The notes below the pieces were generated by a model. That model worked only from the letters and a program-made list of their open reading frames with translations, had not been told where the DNA came from and made no database searches. From Macrostomum lignano (taxonomy: Eukaryota), in contig NIVC01001837.1 of NCBI GenBank assembly GCA_002269645.1, positions 62,001 to 126,000 of the forward strand: 64,000 bases of DNA, in the 5' to 3' direction. Position numbers and translations under genes: made by a program. Shown here one piece after another: positions 49,834 to 61,553 of this stretch. Positions within the stretch are counted from its first letter, which is position 1; every line of letters begins with the position of its first letter.

Positions 49834-51732
49834 ATGATTAAGGCGATCCTCATATTCAACAACCATGGCAAGCCGCGCCTCACCAAGTTCTACATGCACT
49901 ATGCGGAGGATGAGCAGCAGCAGGTGATTCGTGAAACCTTCCAACTAGTCTCTAAGCGCGACGACAATGTCTGCAATTTTCTTGAGGGAGGCACCCTGAT
50001 TGGTGGGCAAGACTATCGGCTCATCTATCGCCACTATGCCACGCTGTACTTTGTGTTCTGCGTGGACTCATCCGAGTCCGAGCTGGGCATCCTCGATCTT
50101 ATCCAGGTGTTTGTAGAGACGCTGGATAAGTGCTTCGAGAATGTGTGCGAGCTCGATCTGATCTTTCACATGGATAGGGTGCATTGCATACTGAATGAGC
50201 TGGTGATGGGCGGCATGGTGCTCGAGACCAATATGAACGAGATTGTGGCCAGGTAAGGGAGTCCTAGCATCTTTCAATAGTTGAACAACCAAAGTGGGGA
50301 AATTCTCCCATCAGACTGTCGGGTGCCATTTTCAAGGTGTCAAACCCAAGCAAACTAAAAGCAACAGAAACACTTGAATTTTTTTATGTTAACAGTAGGA
50401 ATACCATAGGAAGCCATTTTTCTGCCCGTCGAACTACCAGGGATCCCCCTGACAAATTTTTTGCTGCGACAGACGGAGCAATGCAGGTACACGAAATTTA
50501 AGACCGTTGCGCACCTTCTCAAACAAGAATCAGGTCGCCAGCCCTCCGGACCGTCGAGATATTCAACAATTCTGCCAGAAGGTCGGATTTTTTCCATTAA
50601 CGCTATGCGCCAATCAGCACTGCGCCTCAGTGCGGCCTTCCCAGGCCTCCAAATTTCATCACCACGTCGACCACATGTGTCTGCATCAGCTCTGACTTCG
50701 TTAGTCACTGGCCTTCACCCAGGCGGAGCTTCTGGACCTTTAACAGGTGGCACCAGGTGACTATAGAAACTTTATTGCGAATTTCTCTAATTTCTCTGAT
50801 CAAGCCTGGACGGTGAGCAAACCTCAACTGCTGAACAACCTCAGCTAGGCTCTCAAGCATTCCGTCACCATCGCGACGCCGTAGGCACCTTCAGCAGATG
50901 ACATCAGAGGATTATGAACAATTAAATAATTAAATTACAGTGAGTAGCAATACCTTAGTATCTATATTACGTTTATATAAGCCTAAGATTAATTATAGTC
51001 ATCTTTATCCGATTGCATTTGGATGACGAATAAATGTCTAAGTTGACTATTTGAGAACACCTAGCAGCTGAGGTTTGTCCACTGTTGAGGCTTGATTAGC
51101 GAGCGATTATAGAGAAGTTCGCAACAGGGTACATAGTCACCTGGTGCAATCTGTCGGATGTCCAGAAGCTCCCTCTGGGTGAAGACCAGTGATCAGCAAA
51201 GCCAGAGCTGATGCAGGCACATGTGGTCGGCGTGTTGATAAAATTTGGAGGCTTGGCAAGGCTGCACTGAGACGCAGTGCTGATTGGCGCACAGGGGTGT
51301 ACTGATACTGAATACAGTAGCGCTTATGGGAAAATCCGACCTTGTGGCAGAATCGTCAAATATCTCGACGTTCCGGAAGGCTGGCGACGTGATTTTTGTT
51401 TGAGAAGATGCGCAACAAAAAGTTAGTCCGTGTTCTCGAATTTCGCGTGTCTGCGTTGCTCTGTTCCGGCGCAGCAAAAAATATTTTCAAGGTAGTTCTA
51501 CCGCTAAAATCCTAGTGCTATGTCAGTGCATGCTGATGGTGAGCATCACAATATCGCCTTCCATCACCGGTCCCAAAGGTTCGAAGAGCAGCAGAAGTTG
51601 CAGAAGTCAGAATCCGGCTTCAGCGCGATGCCGAATCGAGCGGTCTCCACTGTTCGGGACATGAATCTGTCGCAGAAGCTGCGCGATATAAAGATACCCG
51701 ACATGCCGTCATTTTCTTCGCTGTACCAGTAG
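49834..51732 (+). CDS. AP3S: AP-3 complex subunit sigma (190 aa; exons 49834-50252 and 51579-51732)
   Basis: MIKAILIFNNHGKPRLTKFY...YRHYATLYFVFCVDSSESELGILDLIQVFVETLDKCFENVCELDLIFH...GGMVLETN. Donor AG|GTAAGG (phase 2) and AAG acceptor give ARFEEQQKLQKSE...; length matches sigma-3. Confidence 0.95.
50388..51522. mobile_element. Fold-back / long-TIR non-autonomous element in the AP3S intron
   Basis: About 50390-50840 is an imperfect reverse complement of about 51060-51520 (e.g. AGCTCTGA/TCAGAGCT-type blocks, CACCAGGTGACTAT vs ATAGTCACCTGGTG). The terminal motif is also present at 11990-12084. Confidence 0.75.
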
Positions 51733-53892
51733 TTGGCATTGAATGACTGAACCGTGTACCTTATGATGGTGTACCTACAAGAATCTATTTATAGTCTTCA
51801 GATTTTTCAATTCAATTTTAACAAAGGAGCAAAGTTGTAAATTCTGGGGCAAGTTTTTAGAACAACTCAGGACGTTCACTCGCGAATGGTGGAAATTCTA
51901 GGAAAGGCCGCTCGCGCCTGCTTTAGATATGTCTATGGCACTGAAGCCTTTCGATAAAGAAGCAAATGTTTTATATATGTGAAAAAATGACACCGAGGTC
52001 TCATTGCCATAGACATGGGTTACTTCGGGTAACTACAGTCTATGGACTATAGACTAGGGAAAGTTCAATACAAAATTCCAGTCATTGATTCTCTGAAAAA
52101 AAATGATTGTCAGTCAGTCAGTCTGGAAAAGACGGTGACAATTGGATGGATCGTGTTCCTATTTCTATTACAATAGCAGCAAACATTTGAATCAATCGAG
52201 CATGTATTTTTTCCAATAAATTTCTTGCCTCACACACAAAGTGTAGTTATATCAATATTTGGCAACGAGTTGGCTTGTCAATGCTTCAATTTTGCGCTCA
52301 ATGGATTCAATTGGTTGCTCACTTGCTTTGACACAGTTTTTACTAAGTGTAGACTAAATAGACAACAATTGTTTTTTATTTGCCTGCCCGTTCCGGCCTA
52401 CCCAACTTCTGCTCACAAATCTGAGAAGGCATGCCCAGAGCCAAAAAACACATTTGAAAATTTATCGAAGAACACATTTCTACATTTGTTTCGCAGCTGT
52501 TTGTACTTTGCATTACGAGTAGCGTACGAGAATAAAAGAGATATTTCTTGAATTGCTGGACAACATTCCGGAGGCTGTCATATTGACTGGATACGGAAAT
52601 CCCTTTTAAATTCAACAAGCCAATAAGGAAACGCTCGAGTTCGTTAATTTTACTCTTAACGGTATAATTGTTATGAATATAACAGACAGAAAACTGCTAA
52701 TAAACGCACATCGTAAAATTGTATTTTTTGCTGGTTTTATATAGCGCAGAGTTAAATAAGAATCATAGTAATGATATAATTAAAAACAATAATACAGTAC
52801 GTGCGAGGAAACTACGCAGGACCAATAAAAGCGGATGAGGGTGCTGAAGCAGCAAGCGAAGTTGAAAAAACAAAGAAAAAAGCAGACAAGACAAACAAAA
52901 GAACGGATTTCGGAATCTACACTCTCAGAGCAGCTTAGCAACAGATATGGAGAGGGAGGGGAGACAACAGAAAAGCAGCAAAGCAGAAGCCGGGACGGGG
53001 AGACGGACGTTAAGCAAAGCTGTTAGATGTATAGAAGTGTATATCTAATTTTTTTGAGGACGAATCTACAAAAACGTAACCTAGCGCAGTTGAGTAAATA
53101 AATGTAGATTAAATAAATATTGTGCATTTTTATGCTAAGCTGAAATGACCATGAAATCAATAAGAAATAATTTTAAACTTATATATAGAGAACAGATGGC
53201 AAAACACCAAAGCATGACGGAAACGAGGCTGTATTGTTGCCGAAATAAAAATTGTGCGAGTTCTAAACAAATAAGCAGTGTGTGACAATAGCGCCACACA
53301 AACAGCTTATATTAGTACGTGTATATGTACAAGCAGGTATATATGCATATATTATATCAACTATATATATATCAGTGGGATCGAATCAGCTGCCGCAGGC
53401 CCCGCTGCCCCGGAGGCGGGGAGGATATGGGGGAGTACATGTAGATGGAGTTAGCGAAAAATGATTTTAAAAAAGCAGACGAGCTCTGCGATGACAAAAT
53501 CACTAAAAAAGTCATTTGTATATATGTACAGGCTACATAACCGCACACGGTTTGACTAGGAACAGATCTGCTGTGCGAGTGATTTTGTGACAACAAACAA
53601 ACACTTTTTTATTACTGATAGTAATCGCGCACGAAACTAGCAATAAATTTATATATATAATAAAAAAATTGTTTTTATGCTAAAAAATTCTACAGGGGCT
53701 CCGCACCTCCTATTTACAGATAGTCTGAAGTCGACACCACAAACAGAATAGAAAGCGGAAACAAGTTGAAATTATTGGGGCAGCTAAGTGAACAATCCAG
53801 TTCTAAAGGAGCGTTATAAAGACTTGGGAGAGGCCGATTTGACTTCCTTCAACTGCCCAGTCAACGGCTATGTTAAGAGATTCTTATTACAG

Positions 53893-56800
53893 TCACAATG
53901 ATGTATAGGTCAGCTGCTGCTGCTGGCGATCGTGAGGCCCAGCGGAGGCGGCCGCAACGGTAGCGGAAGCGGAGGAGACCAGAGTAACGCCCGGCATTGA
54001 GGCGGCCAGCTGCGAAGAATCCAATAGCAGCAAATTAGCGAAGCCAAGCTGCTGCTGTTGCTGCTGAAGAAGCTGTTGCTGTTGCTGCGGCTGCATCTGC
54101 TGCTGCGGTTGGAGTTGCTGCGGCTGGAGCTGCTGTTGAGGCTGCAGCTGCTGAGGCTGCAGCTGCTGAGGCTGCAGCTGCTGAGGCTGCGGCTGCTGCT
54201 GGCCATCAGTAGCGGCTTCCGGTAAAAGAAACTGCGGCCTAAAATACGGACTCTGCTGATCGGTGGCCAGCTGGTAGTACACGGTAGGCTGGTAGATCTG
54301 CCACTCGTAGGGCTGGCCGGGCTGCTGAGTGAGCAGGGCGTATTGAGTTCCGCCAGGCCCGCCCAGCGCAATGCCACCCCCTGTTCCCGTTGTGACTGTA
54401 GGCTGCGCAGTGGAGTCCATTTTTACTGTTCTCAGCAGAGTAGTTCCCATCATTTGCTGCTGCTGCTGCTGTTGTTGTTGTTGAAGCTGCTGCTGCAATA
54501 ATTGCTGCTGCTGCAACTGCTGCTGTTGTTGCTGCTGTTGTTGCAGTTGCAGTTGCTGCTGTTGTTGTTGCTGTTGCTGCTGTTGCTGGGCTTTTGACCG
54601 GGACTTGCCTCCAGATTTTGTGGCGCGAGCCGGCGCTGCTGAATTAGCAACGGCAGCGGCTGGAGCAGTCGCCGGCGCCTCCCCGCCGCCCTGCCCATCG
54701 GCGGCGGCGGCTGCGGCTTCGGCCTTCCGTTTGCGTCGCCGTTCGGCTTTCCTGACGCTCTTGGGATCCGGCTGGGTGACCCGCATCTCCGTGTAGTCGG
54801 TGAACACCACCTCGGCGTCGTTCAGGGCGCAAATCGACAGGCCAACCACGTGGTCGCGGAGTTTCCTCAGCGCCAGATAGAATGGCAGCTTGTCGGCGGC
54901 GCGCGGCAACTGTGCGCAGCGGGCGCTAGACGAGGGCATAACAAACACCACAATGTCTGTGCCAGGCAGTCGCTCGGGCTGCTTGCCCATGTAGAAATTC
55001 TTGTTGCCAACAAATGCTTCATAGATGCCTGGCAAGTGAAAATGTGTGTTAGATTGATTTGCTGGGTCTTGGTTCTGAGTTTCAACGAGAGAGCCTAACT
55101 ACTAAAGAAGCCACAAGTTTAGCGTATCATTAAAAGTGCACTAGTACAGTAAAAGTACACCAGTACATTATAAGTACACCAGTGCATTAAAAGTACACCA
55201 GTACATTATAAGTACAACAGTACATTATAAGTACACCAGTATATTAAAAGTACATGTATCATAAATCGACAGCGCTTTTTAACGACCGGCACTAAAACTC
55301 CATTGTTTTTTTTAACTAAAATCATCCCACTTGACCCTAGCCTATATGATAGAACCATAAGTTATAATTTTTCATTTTTCTCGTATTCCTAGCCGTAGGT
55401 GATTAATTTCCCGTAACTTGCCACAACTTCTAATGGCGTCTCATGTATTGTAGAAGAATTCTGGAAATGCATTTACCTTAACTTTTGCCCCACCAGGCCA
55501 CCACCCCCACCCCAACCACAAACTCTCTGTTGTTTGGATTTAGGAGTCCTTCTCACAAGAGCTTTAAAATATGTGTTTCCGTAACCATATCCGTAACCAT
55601 AGCTACGGCGGAACTTAAACTATAACTAAAATAAGCATCATACCGTAATGCCAGCTCACCTTTGCCATTGAAGACGGCAATTTTCGGTTTGTAGCGCTTT
55701 AACTTCACCAGCAGGCTTTCAACGCCTTCCTTCATTTCTTTTCTGGAAATAGATTTCAATGCGATTGGTTGTAAGCGACTTGGAGGAATGACAAGTCAAA
55801 GAAAAGCATCACATCTAGTCTGATTTTAAAGCAAAAAACAAAATTTCTAACTGGGAAAATCTGGGAAGCCCAGTGGTGGCGGCCCAGGCTCGATTCCAAG
55901 TGCAGTCACATTAATTTGGGGCTAAATTGGAATCTCGGCTTGGCTCTGATTGGCGATTAACGGCCTTGAGGGCCAACCCCCAAGGCACAGTGAAGTTTAG
56001 ATGCCTAACAATAAATAAAGTTAGGGCCGCTGTACACTCCTGTGTGAGTGTGTGCCTGCGAACGTATCCGCGCGCTTGTGTGCCTGCTCAGGGGAGGCGG
56101 CGGAATGGGCAGTAATGCCTCTCGCCGGTTGTGCGACAATGTCGCTTAAAGTGCGCCAGAGTGCACACAGGCCCCTGTCTCTAACTAGCTCTGCGTACGG
56201 CTGTTCAGTCGAAAAACTGCGGGTTCGCCACACACAGCCTGTTATCCCAGCCAATGCTGGCACCCATTTTACAGCAGGGTGAACTGAAGCAATGCAGAGT
56301 TAAGTGTCTTACTCAAGGGCACGAGTGGGATCGGGAATCGAACCTCCGACCTTCAAGTCGCGAGTTCGACGCTCTGACCACTAGGCTACAAACCGGTATC
56401 TTACTGCGAAGACTCAATTCATTAATAAGTGTAAAATGTAGAAGATCAATCAATATGCAGACAGTGCTCCTCACCTAGTGAGCTCCGCAGCTCCCTTAGT
56501 CGGCCTGGTGCAAACATTGGTCAGACCGACGCCAAACTGCAGCATTCTGTCATCGTCGTGACACGTCATGGGCTCCGGAATGAGGCCGCTTTCGCTTACG
56601 CACGACCAGAAATGGTTGCCAGGCCCAGCGTAGTGATGGCCAACAAAGGCTGAGGTGATGCTGGGGTTGATGCCGATCTGTGGGTTGCCAGCATTGTGGA
56701 CTGTGAATTAGCGACCCCGAGGGCTCACATTTTTGGGTCAAAGAATCTCAGTGCTCACATTTTTGGGTCAAAGAATCTCAGTGCTCACATTTTTGGTCAG

Positions 56801-58486
56801 TGAATCTCAGGGCTCACATTTTTGGGTCAGTGAATCTTAGGGCTCACATTTTTGGGTCAGTGAATCTCAGGGCTCACAATTTTGGGTCAGTGAATCTGTG
56901 CTCACATTTTTGGGTCAGTGAATCTCAGGACTCACATTTTTGGGTCAGTGAATCTCAGGGCTCACATTTTTTCGGTCAGTGAATTTTAGTGCTCACAATT
57001 TTGGGTCAGTGAATTTAAGTGCTCACAATTTTGGGTCAGTGAATTTTAGTGCTCACAATTTTGGGTCAGTGAATTTTAGTGCTCACATTTTTGGGTAGGT
57101 GAATCTCAGGACTCACATTGTTGGGTGGATGAATCTTTCTTAGAATGCTAAAATTACTCGTCAGTGACTTCTATTGGCAAATATTGCAGCATATTTGGCT
57201 ATGAAGAAGTTCATAGCTGCCACCGGTGCAACAAAGGCAAAATACATGGTACGCACCACAATCATGTCCAGTCCTTCAGCCAGATACTCCGGCAAAGTGC
57301 TGGACCCCGGCACAAGCTCGCCATTCTCGTCTAAAGCCACCTGCTGTTTGAAGCGTTCGCACCTGGGACAGCTGCCAATTAAGGAGAGGTCGTGCCGCTG
57401 CCGCTTGGTCAGGGAGCTGAGAGGCGGGAATGGTGAAGATAAGTTAGAAAGAGAGTTTGAAATATTTTGTTAAAAAGGTAAAGAAGCTGAGATATTTTAA
57501 TGTTTTCCAATTTCTGAAATAATAATATAAACTAACAGGCTTAGCAGGCATCCATCGCTGAAGAAAACTGGATACTGTTTCGGCATCGGGTGTCTCTTTA
57601 TTTGTCACACAACCGGCGAGAGACATGACTGCCCATTCCGCCGACTCCCCTGAGCAGGCACACAAGCGCGCGGATACGTACGCAGTCATACGCACAGGCA
57701 CACACTCACCACAGGAGTGTACAGCTGCCCTAGCATGTACACTTCCCTGTGCCTTGGGGGTTTGGCCCTCAAGGCCGTTAATTGCACGAGCAGAGTCAAG
57801 CCGAAATTCCAATTTAGCCCAAAATTAATGTGACTGCACTTGGAATCGAGGATGGGCCGCTGGGCCACGGAGTACGGACCCCATAGGGTGCGTTCAGTCA
57901 TGCTTAATTTTTAGTAATTTTCATCTTTCGTTTTATATCTACGAGCTCGTATATTTTAATGATAAATTTTATACTTTTGCATCGCCCTACTGACAGTAGA
58001 GCAAATTGCGCATGCCAACCTTTCTAGCGGCCTGCCGACTGGCGGCTCAACAGAATCTGAGCCGGCCTGCGAGTGGCCCGCCGGTGCGGTGACCGACAAC
58101 ACAGCGGCGCTGCCGACTCCGCCACCGCCAGCTGCCGGTTTCACTAAGCCGATGGTGCCGCCGGCGGCGCCGCCAGCCGCAGACTGGCCGGAGGCAGACG
58201 AGGAGCAGGGCAGCGAGGACGGGCTGAGCAGCTGCGACTCGGCTAGGCCTCCTGGATCAGCTGCTGGAGCCTCTTCAACAGCGGGCATAGCAGCGGCGGC
58301 AGCAGCTCCTGCAGGGTCAGTCAGGCTGGCGAATACATCCGCATCATTCTCAATTGTTGGGTGCAGATTGTTCAAAGCGGCATCAACAACAGACGAGTCT
58401 GCTGTTGTTGGCGGCAGATTCTGTGCTGAGTAGCCGGGCAGAGCGGCCGCTGGGCCGTCGTGACCAACTGCCTGCCCAGCGCTCAT
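53893..58486 (-). CDS. TDG: G/T mismatch-specific thymine-DNA glycosylase (~697 aa) with long N-terminal and polyQ C-terminal extensions
   Basis: Exons 58486-57975, 57416-57257, 56677-56475, 55742-55660, 55028-53893, phase-consistent. Motifs LPEYLAEGLDMIVIGINPS (catalytic Asn), GHHYAGPGNHFW, GVGLTNVCTRPT, YKPKIAVFNGKGIYE, VMPSSSARCAQLPRA. Confidence 0.93.
56020..56390 (-). mobile_element. tRNA-derived SINE in TDG intron 3
   Basis: Minus strand: A box TAGCCTAGTGG, B box GGTTCGATTCC, then GTGCCCTTGAGTAAGACACTTAAC...GTAAAATGGGTGCC (resembling a conserved central SINE domain), ending in a TTTATTTATT tail near 56020. Confidence 0.75.
56394..56423 (+). other. Spliced-leader-like 30-mer (CGGTATCTTACTGCGAAGACTCAATTCATT)
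   Basis: 28/30 identical to the Macrostomum lignano SL as I recall it (CGGTCTCTTACTGCGAAGACTCAATTTATT-GCATG). Lacks the terminal GCATG and the GT donor. The recalled reference needs verification. Confidence 0.6.
56720..57125. repeat. ~30-bp minisatellite (CTCACATTTTTGGGTCAGTGAATCTCAGGG) ~14 copies, TDG intron 2
   Basis: Directly visible. A short 19-bp repeat also lies at 55135-55250. Confidence 0.92.
57604..57870 (+). repeat. Inverted copy of 55873-56137 in TDG intron 1
   Basis: CACAACCGGCGAGAG...CCCCTGAGCAGGCACACAAGCGCGCGGATACG...GTGACTGCACTTGGAATCGAG is the reverse complement of the intron-3 sequence. Confidence 0.9.
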
Positions 58487-61160
58487 GCTGCTCGGCCTGC
58501 TGCAGGTGCAGATTGGTGATTTGAGGTTATAAGAAAACAGGCTTTAAAATATATAAGACCTTGGGCCTACTTAATTTTTAATGAACCTTAAATTCAATTG
58601 GCTAAAAAGGCACCTGTTAAAACATAGAAACTCAATAAATGAGCATTTATCCTATTTAAGCAATTCCTGCTTCCTGAGACTATAAATAATTAAACTTGCC
58701 TCTTACTGATTTGTCTAACTTTGACCTCTTTTTATTGCTTACTAAGCTAGATTGGACATACAAAAAAGGTTTATTATATATTTTTTATTATCATTCAGAA
58801 GTTTATAATAGTTTTAGTATATATACTTAAGAAAAACATTATAATTTTTTTTTAATTTGCTTGCTTGACTTAGTAAGGCCCTAATCAATAGACACTAAAT
58901 TTTGAATAAAGAATTGTCACCAAAAAAGTGGTTACTAAAATATCTTGTTACCAAAATGTCTAAGAACCTATGGAGTTTTTTAGCCATTTTCATTGAAAGT
59001 TAATTCTTTTTATATTCTATTGTTCCAAGTATGCACTGTGCACAGGAGAATTTTTTTGATCTGCATGCTACATGCGGGAGGGTTGGATCAAATCTACCAA
59101 GTGTACACCAATGGGCCCTAGGAGAAGGGTTGCAAATTGAGATGCTGCAACAATAAATATTTTTTTGCATTGCAACAATAAAGGACCTTTTTGTATTGCA
59201 ACAATCAAGCCTTTTGGCTACCTACTTACATTTATTTGCTTTTTAGATACTAAATTATGTCTCTCATAACATTTATATACAATACTCAATTTCCATGTTT
59301 TTATAAGGTAACAATTTTTATTTTTAACAAAAATTTACTGTTTTGTTTTTGTTATTTATATATATGAAACACTATATTAATACTATTATTTTTTTAAATT
59401 TATCTAATTAAAATTACAAATCAAAATCATTAGTCTAGTATTACCTTTACAAAATTTACAATTTGAATCTTTGAATAAGGTAGGCCTAATGTTTGGTATA
59501 CACATCAGCCATTGGCCCCTAAACCAAAAAATTTGGTCATTTTTCCCGGGTATATATAGACTGTTCTGAACTATAGTAGCTTTGGTTATAGTACAATATA
59601 TCTTTTATTTTTTATATATTGCGCTGCCATGCAAAACAGGCTAAAAAACTTTATCAACTCCTTGATACATACCATAGTCTAGAAGATGGCCTTTATGCCA
59701 GAAAATTCTGGCATATTTTTGCTCTCGCTAACAATCTTGGCATACACTTGGCATATAGAATTTTTAGGTTCAACATAAAGTATACAATGTCAGTGTATAA
59801 GGCTAGCCAAGTTCAAGGCTAATATAAATGTGTAGTTAAATATCAACTAACAAAAGCTCTTTTTAAAATAATTGGAAACTAAAATAAAAAATTTCAATGC
59901 AATTTACAAGAAAAACAAAATAAAAACAAAGAATATCTGTTTCAGCAAAGAACAGCTATATTAAAGTTGAGTAAAGCTCTTTTATTTCTGATAATATACA
60001 TTCTTTAAAAAAATGGCATACAAACAATTCTAGGCTTGGCATAGAACTTCTTTCAAAATTTACATCAATGTAAAATTGAAAAAAAACATGAATTTTTATT
60101 CCAGCATGCTTGCCATGATCTAGACTATGGGATACACATTGTGCACACAGTACTAGACTGCCTGGGACCTTGCTGCACACAAGAATTTCCCCTAAATAAA
60201 AACACATCCTTGGGAATATAGTTTATATTGAATTTGAAAACTATTCAATTGCCTTCACAAAGTTAAAAAGTTTAAAACTGATTTATTAACTTTTACTATT
60301 TATTCCTACCTATTAAATCAAGTCTAATGATTTTTTCAATTTTTCAAGTTTATGCTAATAATAATATTAATAAGTTGAAAAATCTACTTGATCTCCGCAA
60401 AAAAAGCATGTTTTTTAAATTTTTAATCCTTTTAACATTGAGCAATTTCTTAGCCAAGACATATATACCATCACATAAAAATTTCCAATCAAATGGTGCA
60501 AGTTTCATGACAATTGGTTAAGTTGTTTTTTCTCTAATCAATTGCCCAGGGTCAGGATTGTGTACCAATATATGCTGGAACAAAAATTGTTTCCCTAGCT
60601 TTTATATGCCAATGTAAGCCAATGGACTTTTATTGCACACAAAAATATGCCAAAACAGTTTGAAGAATAATTTCTTATACTTTAGTAAAAATAATTTAAC
60701 AAATGGACCCTGACGATTGCCCTTAATTTTTATCTTTTTATTAGGCCTATAGTTTAAATATTATTACTAGGCCTGACTATATTAATAATAATAATAGGGC
60801 TAGGCCTATACTTTTATATAGTGTAGGCCTAAATCTTGTGTTATTATGTTATAGAAAACAAAGACTCATATCAACTGTTTTTAGCTTTTTAGTCATAGTG
60901 TAGAATGACAGACCTAGATCCCTGATTAGGCCTAATAAGGCCTACAATTTTCATTAGAATTAGAGATTAGGGTGTTGGTATTCACATAAATAACATTATT
61001 CCATTGACACGAAAACCTGTGTGTAAAATGAAAATTCAATGCGCAATAGCATGTATAAAAAATATAGCAAAGTGATTTCAAAGGCTGTTAATTCGAAGTT
61101 TAGTGACAACAAAAGACAACATGTAAACCACTTATGAAATTCCTGGAATTTGATCCATCT

Positions 61161-61553
61161 TCCGGAGGGTCTCCCTAAAACACGCACCGCACCGCCCCGA
61201 CCGCTACACATTATAACATTTTTGTCAATGCAGTATTTTGATTGCAAAGAAAACTATTTGTTGTAAGAGTAACAGAATAATTAACTTTAATTATTACCTA
61301 AAATATTATTATTATTTTTTATATTCTTGTTTGCATTATTAAATTATATTATTATTATTTTATTAATATTATTAATGGTATCACTTATTATACACCGAAT
61401 TTAATAATTCAAAGTAAAAAAAACTAAAATTTATAAAAGCTTAAAGCTTAACATAAAACGCATTTTGAAATGTCTTCAGTTATAGTCCAATTTGTTTTAA
61501 CGTGTAGCGCTGTGGGGCGGGGCGGTGCGTGTTTTAGGGAGACCCCTTCCGGA
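61161..61553. mobile_element. MITE-like element with ~50-bp inverted termini around an AT-rich core
   Basis: TCCGGAGGGTCTCCCTAAAACACGCACCGC...GCTACAC vs GTGTAGC...GCGGTGCGTGTTTTAGGGAGACCCCTTCCGGA. No clear TSD. Confidence 0.6.
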
